Shown: positions 8,710 through 18,192 of the stretch, piece by piece
Layout: the number at the start of each line of letters is the position of its first letter
Numbering within the stretch: position 1 is the first letter of the stretch
Source: a virus
Lineage: Duplodnaviria > Caudoviricetes
Length of the DNA: 64,000 nucleotides
Virus record (IMG/VR): IMGVR_UViG_3300032030_000038
Coordinates: 1-64,000 of that record
Reading direction: 5' to 3' (one strand)
The notes under the pieces: model-generated
The model's input: only the letters and a program-made list of their open reading frames with translations
Told to the model about the DNA's origin: nothing
Database searches by the model: none
Program-made: the position numbers and the translations under genes

Positions 8710-9129
8710 ATGAAGACATCATTATACACTTGGGAAAAGTTTCCTGAAGACATGACCAATTACCTTAAAAACTATGGTATGCACTTTTCAAAGAAGATGT
8801 ATGAGTTTGCTGCCAAAAGAATGTATAAGGTAAACAAGCAAAACGGTTCAAAAGAAAAGCCGCCAGTCTATACAAAGGAACAGGTCGAGAATACATTGAA
8901 GCGATACAACATAACACTTGAGAACAATGTTCTGTATGATGCTGCCTATGTAATGTCAATGGCTGTGGCCGACTTCTTTCATTCCTCGCTTGTAAACGAG
9001 CAGCAACTCGCACAGTTTGTGAAGGACTACATTGATGATGTTGACCAGCCAGACGGATTTGTTTTCAACAGATTCTATGGTGATTGCATACTCAGTGGTG
9101 AGCCTATCGATTGGTCGGATATGTTATGA
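8710..9129 (+). CDS. hypothetical helical protein
   Basis: YLKNYGMHFSKKMYEFA...YDAAYVMSM..DFF..S...DYIDDVD..DG; operon packing. Confidence 0.75.
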   Translation: MKTSLYTWEKFPEDMTNYLKNYGMHFSKKMYEFAAKRMYKVNKQNGSKEKPPVYTKEQVENTLKRYNITLENNVLYDAAYVMSMAVADFFHSSLVNEQQLAQFVKDYIDDVDQPDGFVFNRFYGDCILSGEPIDWSDML

Positions 9130-9518
9130 TATCACAGGATTTGATTTTAGAGGGCTATAATTGGCATATTAAGGCGTTTTACAATTTTACATGTGATTAT
9201 ACATCTGACGTTGTAAACACTCTTTACAGGGCAAATTTATCCTCTAGACTCATTTCAAAGATAACTCCTCATCTACTGTCTTGCAAACCAAATACTGGAT
9301 TGACGTGCAGTAATACGAATGAAAACGAGAGTGTCCTGGTAATTTCAATAGCAACCTCTCCTAAAGAATTCTTGAATACATTATCCCACGAAAATCAACA
9401 TCTTGTAGGGCATATCGCAAGTAAATTCGGATTACTGCACGGCAGCGAGGAGCTGGGTTATCTTACTGGTGAATTGTTTTCCAAACAATACTATTACATA
9501 AAAGAATTTATTATATAA
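9126..9518 (+). CDS. putative zincin-like metallopeptidase (HExxH)
   Basis: LSHENQHLVGHI plus downstream EELGYLTG; ATGA overlap start at 9126. Confidence 0.6.
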   Translation: MISQDLILEGYNWHIKAFYNFTCDYTSDVVNTLYRANLSSRLISKITPHLLSCKPNTGLTCSNTNENESVLVISIATSPKEFLNTLSHENQHLVGHIASKFGLLHGSEELGYLTGELFSKQYYYIKEFII

Positions 9519-9557
9519 TTAACAATGTTTGCTTAAATGCTTCATTGGGTTATATTT

Positions 9558-9585
9558 ACGGGACTTGTAATGAGTCCCGTTTTTT
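9558..9585 (+). terminator. intrinsic terminator closing the accessory operon
   Basis: ACGGGACTT-gtaat-GAGTCCCGT followed by a T-run. Confidence 0.85.
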
Positions 9586-9697
9586 ATTTATAGATATTTC
9601 CTCATTTAAAATATTATTTTAATATTTCATAAATACTAATTTACTTTTTTTAAATAATTATTTAAATTAATTTATGGAAATTAAAAATAATTATTAG

Positions 9698-9705
9698 TAT
9701 ATTTG
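9698..9705 (+). promoter_or_regulatory. Bacteroidota -7 promoter element for the tail operon
   Basis: TATATTTG in an AT-rich intergenic region, 31 nt before ATG 9737; no clear -33 TTTG. Confidence 0.6.
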
Positions 9706-9736
9706 CATCAATTATTATAATAATTTATTATCAAAT

Positions 9737-10459
9737 ATGAGTACATTCAGAGAAGTGGTCTATATGATAATGGACCAGAATAAACTTAGTAGTGATGATT
9801 CTTTTATGGAACCATCACATATTGTATTTATGCTCTCCAAAATAAGAGCTTATTTTCTTAAAGAAAAATACAGTAAGCAAAAATCCCAAGTAGCCCCTTC
9901 CAATTTCCAAACTATAAAACTGTGTTTACAGCCTGTAAACGATGCTTTGGGATGTGAATCTGCCGCCATATTGAGGAGTGACAAGAAGGTTCCCAACCTT
10001 TTATTACTGAATAATTATGAAGGGCTTGTTCAGGTCACTCCAAAAATTGGCGCTCCTATTGTTGTATCGTATGTCAATTACAATAGGTTTATGAGTGTCG
10101 GTCATGACAAGTGGCAGCGTAATACTGTATATGCTTCAATAGGACCTGATTCTTATTTGTATATTAAGTCCAATAATCCCGATATTCTTAATCTTTCGTT
10201 CATAATGATGTCCGCTGTTTTCGAAGATATCGACCTCGCAAACGAGCTCGTCAGTGATGATGATTGTGATGAGAACTGTGATCCTATGGATAATAATTTC
10301 CCTCTTGAAGAAGGACTTATCACACCCGTGATTACAATGGTGGCCCAACAGGTCTACCAAGACGCTATCAAACCTGCTGACGAGATCAATAATGCAGCTG
10401 ACGATATGAGTAATATTCACAATTATGTTTCCCGTATTACAAAAGAAAAGTATAAATAA
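9737..10459 (+). CDS. crAss-like tail ring protein
   Basis: MSTFREVVYMI.D..K..SDDS N-terminus, YLY/AVFED/FPLEE motifs; position upstream of tail-tube and muzzle genes as in Crassvirales. Confidence 0.7.
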   Translation: MSTFREVVYMIMDQNKLSSDDSFMEPSHIVFMLSKIRAYFLKEKYSKQKSQVAPSNFQTIKLCLQPVNDALGCESAAILRSDKKVPNLLLLNNYEGLVQVTPKIGAPIVVSYVNYNRFMSVGHDKWQRNTVYASIGPDSYLYIKSNNPDILNLSFIMMSAVFEDIDLANELVSDDDCDENCDPMDNNFPLEEGLITPVITMVAQQVYQDAIKPADEINNAADDMSNIHNYVSRITKEKYK

Positions 10460-10968
10460 TGAGTTTTGCTGAGGATATAAAAAAAGTGCACGGACCAAGG
10501 TTTCATAAGTTTACGAGGTCATATGGCCTCCGTGATTATTATAATTACTATAAAAAGACTCACTCTACAAAACTGTCAAGCAAGGAGTACAGTGCCATTG
10601 TACGGGACATTTTTTCCTCGCTTATTGAAAAAGAGCTTTTAAATATGTTACCGATATGCCTTCCTTATAAAATGGGGTATATAGAGGTTAACATATTAAA
10701 GCCAAAAGTTGTATCAACTAATGGTGAATATAGATATATTGCTCCCGTTGACTGGAAGAAAACCCTTGCTCTTTGGGAAAAAGACGAGGAGGCCCACAAT
10801 AATAAAACCCTTGTTTATACAAATGCAATAAAGACCTCGGTTATAAACTATGTAAAGGAAGCTGCTAGTTTTAAAAACCAATTATATTTTTACATGCAAC
10901 CCGCTAGAAAATTAAAGGAGCATGTTCATGATATTTTATTCAATAGTAATTTATTTAATATACAATAA
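10459..10968 (+). CDS. crAss-type IHF/HU-like DNA-binding protein
   Basis: LPYKMGYIEV and PVDWKKT motifs; conserved position between ring and tail-tube genes. Confidence 0.6.
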   Translation: MSFAEDIKKVHGPRFHKFTRSYGLRDYYNYYKKTHSTKLSSKEYSAIVRDIFSSLIEKELLNMLPICLPYKMGYIEVNILKPKVVSTNGEYRYIAPVDWKKTLALWEKDEEAHNNKTLVYTNAIKTSVINYVKEAASFKNQLYFYMQPARKLKEHVHDILFNSNLFNIQ

Positions 10969-11777
10969 TGGCAGAACAATATATAACATTACATGTTGTA
11001 CACGACAGGGTTGCCCAACACCCCTTGATGACATCAATTCCGTTTGATGCCATTTTGCGTTATACAATAGATTTTATGAGAATTTTAGGCGTTCCCCGTA
11101 TATATGTTGAAAAGGTTGTAAAAGAAAAATCTGATGACAAGGGCCGTATAAAACTCCCATGTGATTATATAGATCTTATTCAAATGAGAGGTCCTCACGG
11201 AGCATATCGCTACTCCTCTGACACTTTTCACATGGCTTATGAAAAAGGGTTGGAATGCCATCAACAAAAACAAAGTGACGGTGGGGAAACCCAGCTTGTT
11301 AATATCCATCGTGAGAATGATGAGTTTGTAAGCAATACCACGGCAATAGTTGAAAGACATACACATCCTCATTGCTATGGTAACAATGGCGATACGTTTA
11401 TCATTCAAAACGGGTACATTTATATCACAAGAAAACATGAGCCTGTTGAAATTTCTTACCACGCAATTCTCACAGACTCTGAAGGACTTCCGATGGTTCC
11501 TGATAACAGCAAATTCTTGCGTGCTCTTGTAGCCTATATAAAACAAGAGTATTTTACAATATTATATGATACAGGCATTATTAATGACAAGGTATTCAAC
11601 CAGGCACAGCAAGATTATGCATGGGCTGTGGGTGCTTGTGAGACTGAATTCCAAAAACTTGATTTGTCTCGTGCAGAATCGTTCTTTAATTCCTTGAACT
11701 CTATGATTCAACATAATAACCAGTTCAATCACAGCTTCAGGGCAAACAATGTAAAAACCGAATTAAGAGGAGTTTAA
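10968..11777 (+). CDS. tail tubular / ring protein (P22 gp4-like)
   Basis: KLPCDY..L.Q, FIIQNGYI, ISYHAI.TD.EGLPMVPD, QQDYAWAVG motifs; upstream of the muzzle gene. Confidence 0.75.
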   Translation: MAEQYITLHVVHDRVAQHPLMTSIPFDAILRYTIDFMRILGVPRIYVEKVVKEKSDDKGRIKLPCDYIDLIQMRGPHGAYRYSSDTFHMAYEKGLECHQQKQSDGGETQLVNIHRENDEFVSNTTAIVERHTHPHCYGNNGDTFIIQNGYIYITRKHEPVEISYHAILTDSEGLPMVPDNSKFLRALVAYIKQEYFTILYDTGIINDKVFNQAQQDYAWAVGACETEFQKLDLSRAESFFNSLNSMIQHNNQFNHSFRANNVKTELRGV

Positions 11778-11778
11778 T

Positions 11779-14700
11779 ATGGCACTATATAACGAAACAT
11801 ACGCTATACACGGTATGCAACAGGATAACTCTCCCAAACTGCCGTCAAACGAATATTCATTTGAGAATTTTAATATAAGATTCTCAACAGAAGGTCCTAA
11901 TTCAAAAATAGTCATAAAGCCTGAAATGGGTAATTCCCAGGTCAGGCTAAGATTTTTTGATAACCTTGATTATATTTATGAGGGAACTAACAAACCTCCC
12001 ACAATAGATTCCTTTCCTTTTGTTATAATAGGGGCTTGTGTTGTTGACAGGTATATAGTTATCTTCGGCAAGGAAGATTCCCAAAGAGGACGTGATTACA
12101 TTGTAAGACTTGAAAAAGCTTACGAAGCCAATGGTATTGTTTATTTCAATTGTGTATATCTTTTTGATGGTTCAATTGATTTGAATTTCAAATTTACAAA
12201 CAATATAGAAACACATCCTTATGTTGAAACCGAGCTTCAAAAGAAAGTGTATTTTTGTGACGGTGAAAACTTCATAAGATGTATAAATGTAGTAAATCCA
12301 CAATGTATAAACAACCTTGGCTTGCTTAACATAGGAAGACATCTTGCACTTAATGAGAGACTTACAGTAACAAAGAAGCCTGGTGTCTTTGGCTCACTCC
12401 CTGGAGGGAAACTTCAAATCGCCTTTTCTTATGGTACGGACTTGGAGTCAATGACAAGTATAATTGATTACTCCGCACTTTATGATTGTGTATTTGAAAA
12501 CGCTGGTATTGCCCCGGATGCTGATCCAGAGCGCTCCTTTGCAGACCATACCTTTGAAGTCCGGATTGACAATTTGGATCCTTCGTTTGAATGGATATTC
12601 ATCTATATAATTCATAGAACGACGCTTGATGCTACTCCTGTGATTTATGTTAAGAATATTCATATTGAATCCGATTCGGTTGTTTACACTATAAACCTTG
12701 GCGATTCTGATATATATCAAAGCAATAAGACAATTGCAGAGTTACTTGACTTCAACTCGATTATACCGCTTACAATGCAACCCTATGAAAACAGGATGTT
12801 TGCCGGTAATATCAAAATCATAAATGATATGCTTCCTCATTTTAGCGAGGAGGATATTCGTGGCTCTTTCTACTTGAAAACTGTAGGTCACGAATATCTC
12901 AGGAATCATACCTATAATTACAATCCAAGTGACAATGTATTCGCAGGGTCCTCCTATGATAACAAAGGCTTTAGAAAAGGCAATTGGTATAAGTTTGGTA
13001 TTATCGGTCAATATGAGCACGGCGATTGGACCGATGTAATGTCGTTGACTACAAGACAGTGTGATACACATAGTCTTACAGAACTTGATTTGGCCAATCC
13101 CTCTGAGGTAATCATTAAGAATGTCAAATTCGGTGTCGGCTTTACCGCTCATGCAATTGACAAACTTCTTTATTTAAAGAGCATTGGTGTAAAAAAGATA
13201 AAACCCGTTTGTGTTTATCCTACTGATTCCGAGAAGACAATTATTTCCCAAGGGGTTATTAATCCTACAGTTTACAGGGGTAAAAACAGAAGGACTCTTA
13301 ATGGCAACTCTCCGTTTGCTCAGCCCTCTTGGTTCTTCAGACCTATAAAGTTTTTTGAAGATTTCTATGGAGACCATTCTCCTTATACTATGAGAAATAT
13401 CAATGACTTGAGATATTCAAAAAACTTTCTTGAGTTCAAAGAAAACTACTCAGGCCCTGACGGTGATGGTTCTCAAAATTCAATGGAGTGGTTCCGTCAG
13501 TTGTATCTTCATAATGATGTAACTGCTCTTTTCAGCAACCCAGAGTACACAAACAAACTTTCTCCTTACTGTAATTGGAATGAAAACTTCCGTGAGTTCC
13601 GTCATGGTATGAGTTTACCCACAAAAGACCGTATCAATGCTGAGTGTGAGTTCAGTGAAATATCGGGTCTTGATTATGCTTATTCCGATGAAATTGAACG
13701 TAATTTTCTTAAGATAGGGGATTACTGTATTTCAAAGACAAGTGCTCTTGGAAAAGACAGTGGTGAGGTTTTTCTGGACAACGAGGCTTTTAATATAAAT
13801 AATTATAATTATTGGCAAAGAGATGGGGATGGCCTCCTTACGACAGCCCGTCCTTCAATTATCTGCAATGGGTATGACAACATGGTTTTTGTCGATTCTT
13901 CTATATGTACGTTCAATTCTCCTGAGATAGATTATTATCTTATAGGAGGTCTCGGCAGTTCCAATATTAATATATCTTCCCCTGAATATACAATGCATCT
14001 CTGTGGTAAGGCGGAGATTAACGGTAGTTTGTCCGGCATAAGAATTGCCCCTACAAACACTATTGACAACGCCCAGAACTCATCTGATGTCGAATATTGG
14101 GCTGGTGCTGAGACTGTGCAAGGCACTTGCATAACAGAGACAAGGTTGTTCAATGTTCCCGGAGTAAAGGAACTTCTTTTCAGACGTAACAGTATTGGTA
14201 ATACAAAATCACCTTTCTGCTATACAGCCGGACCGTTCTGGTTTGACAAACTTCTTGTCCTTGGATTTACAGGCAAGGAAGGTGAAAGCAGGATAAATGA
14301 TACGCCATATAGTGATCCCGTGACTTATACTGTGTATCCTGAAAACAATGCCACTTCTGGCCATATGGTGGGTGCATTTTCAGCAAATCTTTTTGCTGGA
14401 AGACATGCTGTCGGATTTTTACTTGGTTTTGATCCTATTTCGTTTGACACTACTCTTGCCTTGTTACTTTGTTTTTCAATTAATTGGGCATCTCATAGAA
14501 GGGTTAAAAGATCTACATTCCAATCCATATCACAAATGGTACAGACCTATTATGGTGAGTTGTGCCATAGATATGATGCCGATGAGGACAATGTAAAGAA
14601 GGACACTCTTATTACAAGTGGCAAGATATTTTTTGGAAAATACAGTAATCTCAGTGCCAATAGAGACGACTTGAAAAATATATGCCCTCTTATATACACC

Positions 14701-17700
14701 GAAGCAAGTGATCTTGGTAATAATTATAATGCTTTTGGTGATTTGTATAATGCTGACTTTTCACAGCTATTAGGAGGAGATTATACAAGCGGCAAGGCTC
14801 TTGCCGAGCGTATTACGGCTTTTGCCAATCTTGGTATCTCACTTGAAACATTTGTAGACAATAGTTATTTTAATTTAAATTATCTTAATGTCTTTACAAA
14901 CAGTGCAAATGTAAATGGTGAGTACTGGAAGAATTTCTTTGCTCTTAGTGACCCGATAGAAAACCATTGGAATAGTGGTAGTAGAAAGTTCGATGATACC
15001 TATGCAGACGATCTTTCTACAAAGAATATATCAGGTGGAGGCAATCTGTGTTATTTCTATGGATGGTGGTCCCGTCCAAGATCAACTGAAACCGATCCTT
15101 CTTTTAACAATAGTCAGTACTGGGATGATCCTATCGGTGGCAGAGCGGACTTCTGGAATTATGTAAGTCCTGCAGATTTAATCAATGCCAGAGAGGTTAA
15201 ACAGAGACATCTTGTTACAATGACGTATCCTTATACGCTTCCTTCAAGTGTCACTGTGCATTCTTTGAATAGAAAGTACAGAGGATTAACTCCGTCTGTA
15301 TACGGAAGTCATTACTATGGACAGTTCTCAACTGACTTCCCGAATGCTTTGTTTGATCCTTATTATGCACATGTTGTATATCCAATAATGCATACTAATG
15401 CAAACATACCATTCTGCGGTACATCAACACCTTATGAAACTGCTGCTGACTCAAGACCTATATATAACTATACATCGTCCGTGTTGTATAGCAATACAAC
15501 AAGTTATTTCAAAGGAGATATTTCCTTTGATACTGAAAATCATTTTATAAATGAAGACTTCGAATATATAACAATACCCTACCTCGGAGATAATTATTCA
15601 TTGCAGAAGTACGGTACTGATAAAAATGATCTTATCAAGTATGATACGGTTTCGCTTACCGCTGCTACAAAGTGGTACAGAGGCTGGAGAAATGTGTTGA
15701 GTGATGGTAACGAAGGTGAGCTTTCGATGGTTTCCAAAGGGTGGAATGAGGAGAATTATGAATTCTCTATTTTTGGTAATCTTGTGTTCAGCGGTTACCT
15801 TCCCCAGTTGTTTACTAAAAGTGGTCATGTCACTTTCGGCAATAACGAACGTGATTTCATGGACAATGAGAAATATTATACTGCAGTCTCCGGATTTAGA
15901 AAAGGCATAAGTGGGCTTCCGCAAATCTGTCAGTTTGATTATATATCAAGTCCTCATATTGTTTTTTGCGATAATTCTGTCAAAACTATAAAAACTATTC
16001 TTCCTAGCAGAGCTATTACTACTGGTAATAAGTACTCCTTTGATTTTTATTATAAAGATTTTGTAACTAACTCTACTATAAGAGACAGTTTTATAAGAAG
16101 GTCCTCTTTTCATATAAATTACTACCAACAGGATCTTTCAAATTGTGACACTCTTTTCTACACAAGTCAGTATAGCACACAGGCACTTGCTCAGTATGAT
16201 ATAGGTAATACATTTAGAATCAGATATTTAAGATGGTACTTCCCTGGATTGTCTTGGTCATGCGCAAATTATATTTATCCTCATACTGGTAATTGGGTTC
16301 CCATTACCAAAGAAAAATTACCAGACCCACAAATAGGTCATACTATTTTTGAGGATAATATTACGGACTATCCTTATTGGATGCGTAAAAATTCTACAAG
16401 CGATCTTAATCAAATACGCACGAGCTATTATTCAATCAGCGGTTTAAAAGACTCGTATCATCTATTCCTGGCTGATTATGTCAATAAGGCATATGAAAAC
16501 ACTTCTCCTTATACAGAGAATGTGGAGTTTTATTCTTGGAGACCCTGTGGCGAGTCTGTACTGATTGATGATATTATAAATGCATTACGTCCTTCCGGCA
16601 ATGCAACCGTTTCACAAAGTCAAGAAAAACCAGTAGCAACCACCTTACCCGTGCTGCATTATCTTGAAGGTGACACTTATACTACCAGATATAACTGCCT
16701 TAAGACGGTGTTGCCTGGTGATCCCGTTGATTTACAGGTTAAAAATGGCATCAGTGAATGTGCTTCTCTTTATATAGAGACTTATATCAATCTTGACGGT
16801 AGATACAATAATCACGAGGCTTTGTACAATGACGCTGATTTTTCATATATAATGAATGGTACGGTTGAACAGGTTAGTAAAATCAATCCTGTATACTCGC
16901 AGCCTAACAACATTTTCAGTTATTTTGAAAAGAATGAAAACTATGAGTCTACAAGAATTGAGCACTTCCCTACATTAATTCAATGGTCACCAATAAAGGT
17001 TACTGGCTCAAGTTTTGATTCTTTCGGAACCTTCCCGTCATCCAATGCTTTCTATGCAGATGGAACCCAAGGAATGATTTCAAAACTTATAACCGCACCT
17101 TCCAATAGAGTGCTTTGTTTCCAAGAACATGGCATTTCATTACTTGATATTAATCCCCAGGCTTTACTTTCAACAGAAGCCTCTGTGATTGAAATCAATG
17201 CTTCAAGTTCATCTGTACTTACAAGATCAGCCTATCTCGACAGAACCTATGGTTGTCAGGACAAATGGACTGTTACCAATGCAGTTGACGGTGTTTATTT
17301 TATGGACAATCAAAAGAAAATCATTGGTAAGGTTGGTGGAGATCAAGTCAATCATGTATCGGCTTTGCTTGGCTTTGAATCATGGTCAAAGGATAATCTA
17401 AGTCTTGCCAACAGTGTCTGGGAGGCTGGTAGTTATGTATCTTCAATACCAATGTCAGACAATTCAAAAGAACGTACGGGATTTGTATCTTATTATGACC
17501 CGTATTACTCTGACTTGTATTTTATAAACAAAGATGTATGTCTATCACTCAATCTTCCATTAGGTTGCTTCACTTCATTTTATTCGTACAATAATGTACC
17601 TTACATTGTAAACAGTTCTGACGGCTCTTATTCATTTATTGTATCGAATGCAACTAACAAATCTACATGGATGTTCCGTCAATACTATACACAAGATCAT

Positions 17701-18111
17701 ACATTCTATTTCAAGAAGAAGGGATATTATATTGACATACTCGCCAATCCTTATCCTTTATATGACAAAGTGTATAACTTCATCAGTTACGATAACGAGT
17801 GCTATGATACAAACGGTACATTCTTACGGGCTAATGGGTATAATAAACTTACTGTAACAAATTACCGTCAAACTGGCGTACTTAGTTTCAACAGAACAAA
17901 CACAAGGATAAAATTCAGGACTTGGAGAACCGAGTTCCCTCGTGAGGTCGGTAGTAAGATGAATCGTATCCGTGGTACTTGGTGCAGGGTTAAGTTTGAA
18001 CATACCGATTCTGGACTTATTGATGGTACTAACAACTTGCATAACTTCTCGATAAACTATTCAATCCTCGAACAGCCTTTGGTTGCATCTGCTGATGAGA
18101 ATGACAAATAG
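11779..18111 (+). CDS. muzzle / tail stabilisation (nozzle, P22 gp10-like) protein, 2110 aa
   Basis: GMQQDNS..NIRF N-terminus, YFCDGEN, EGDTY, YGCQDKW, KFRTWR...RIRGTW C-terminus typical of crAss muzzle proteins. Confidence 0.8.
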   Translation: MALYNETYAIHGMQQDNSPKLPSNEYSFENFNIRFSTEGPNSKIVIKPEMGNSQVRLRFFDNLDYIYEGTNKPPTIDSFPFVIIGACVVDRYIVIFGKEDSQRGRDYIVRLEKAYEANGIVYFNCVYLFDGSIDLNFKFTNNIETHPYVETELQKKVYFCDGENFIRCINVVNPQCINNLGLLNIGRHLALNERLTVTKKPGVFGSLPGGKLQIAFSYGTDLESMTSIIDYSALYDCVFENAGIAPDADPERSFADHTFEVRIDNLDPSFEWIFIYIIHRTTLDATPVIYVKNIHIESDSVVYTINLGDSDIYQSNKTIAELLDFNSIIPLTMQPYENRMFAGNIKIINDMLPHFSEEDIRGSFYLKTVGHEYLRNHTYNYNPSDNVFAGSSYDNKGFRKGNWYKFGIIGQYEHGDWTDVMSLTTRQCDTHSLTELDLANPSEVIIKNVKFGVGFTAHAIDKLLYLKSIGVKKIKPVCVYPTDSEKTIISQGVINPTVYRGKNRRTLNGNSPFAQPSWFFRPIKFFEDFYGDHSPYTMRNINDLRYSKNFLEFKENYSGPDGDGSQNSMEWFRQLYLHNDVTALFSNPEYTNKLSPYCNWNENFREFRHGMSLPTKDRINAECEFSEISGLDYAYSDEIERNFLKIGDYCISKTSALGKDSGEVFLDNEAFNINNYNYWQRDGDGLLTTARPSIICNGYDNMVFVDSSICTFNSPEIDYYLIGGLGSSNINISSPEYTMHLCGKAEINGSLSGIRIAPTNTIDNAQNSSDVEYWAGAETVQGTCITETRLFNVPGVKELLFRRNSIGNTKSPFCYTAGPFWFDKLLVLGFTGKEGESRINDTPYSDPVTYTVYPENNATSGHMVGAFSANLFAGRHAVGFLLGFDPISFDTTLALLLCFSINWASHRRVKRSTFQSISQMVQTYYGELCHRYDADEDNVKKDTLITSGKIFFGKYSNLSANRDDLKNICPLIYTEASDLGNNYNAFGDLYNADFSQLLGGDYTSGKALAERITAFANLGISLETFVDNSYFNLNYLNVFTNSANVNGEYWKNFFALSDPIENHWNSGSRKFDDTYADDLSTKNISGGGNLCYFYGWWSRPRSTETDPSFNNSQYWDDPIGGRADFWNYVSPADLINAREVKQRHLVTMTYPYTLPSSVTVHSLNRKYRGLTPSVYGSHYYGQFSTDFPNALFDPYYAHVVYPIMHTNANIPFCGTSTPYETAADSRPIYNYTSSVLYSNTTSYFKGDISFDTENHFINEDFEYITIPYLGDNYSLQKYGTDKNDLIKYDTVSLTAATKWYRGWRNVLSDGNEGELSMVSKGWNEENYEFSIFGNLVFSGYLPQLFTKSGHVTFGNNERDFMDNEKYYTAVSGFRKGISGLPQICQFDYISSPHIVFCDNSVKTIKTILPSRAITTGNKYSFDFYYKDFVTNSTIRDSFIRRSSFHINYYQQDLSNCDTLFYTSQYSTQALAQYDIGNTFRIRYLRWYFPGLSWSCANYIYPHTGNWVPITKEKLPDPQIGHTIFEDNITDYPYWMRKNSTSDLNQIRTSYYSISGLKDSYHLFLADYVNKAYENTSPYTENVEFYSWRPCGESVLIDDIINALRPSGNATVSQSQEKPVATTLPVLHYLEGDTYTTRYNCLKTVLPGDPVDLQVKNGISECASLYIETYINLDGRYNNHEALYNDADFSYIMNGTVEQVSKINPVYSQPNNIFSYFEKNENYESTRIEHFPTLIQWSPIKVTGSSFDSFGTFPSSNAFYADGTQGMISKLITAPSNRVLCFQEHGISLLDINPQALLSTEASVIEINASSSSVLTRSAYLDRTYGCQDKWTVTNAVDGVYFMDNQKKIIGKVGGDQVNHVSALLGFESWSKDNLSLANSVWEAGSYVSSIPMSDNSKERTGFVSYYDPYYSDLYFINKDVCLSLNLPLGCFTSFYSYNNVPYIVNSSDGSYSFIVSNATNKSTWMFRQYYTQDHTFYFKKKGYYIDILANPYPLYDKVYNFISYDNECYDTNGTFLRANGYNKLTVTNYRQTGVLSFNRTNTRIKFRTWRTEFPREVGSKMNRIRGTWCRVKFEHTDSGLIDGTNNLHNFSINYSILEQPLVASADENDK

Positions 18112-18192
18112 TTAAAAATACTGAAATTTTTTATATTTATTTTTATATTATATATCTAATTATTAAATTTACAATAATTATTTTAGAAAAAC

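Noticed and set aside
18164-18171. TAAATTTA as a promoter for the cargo operon
   Set aside because: Mismatch to TAnnTTTG in extremely AT-rich DNA and no -33 box; not distinguishable from chance
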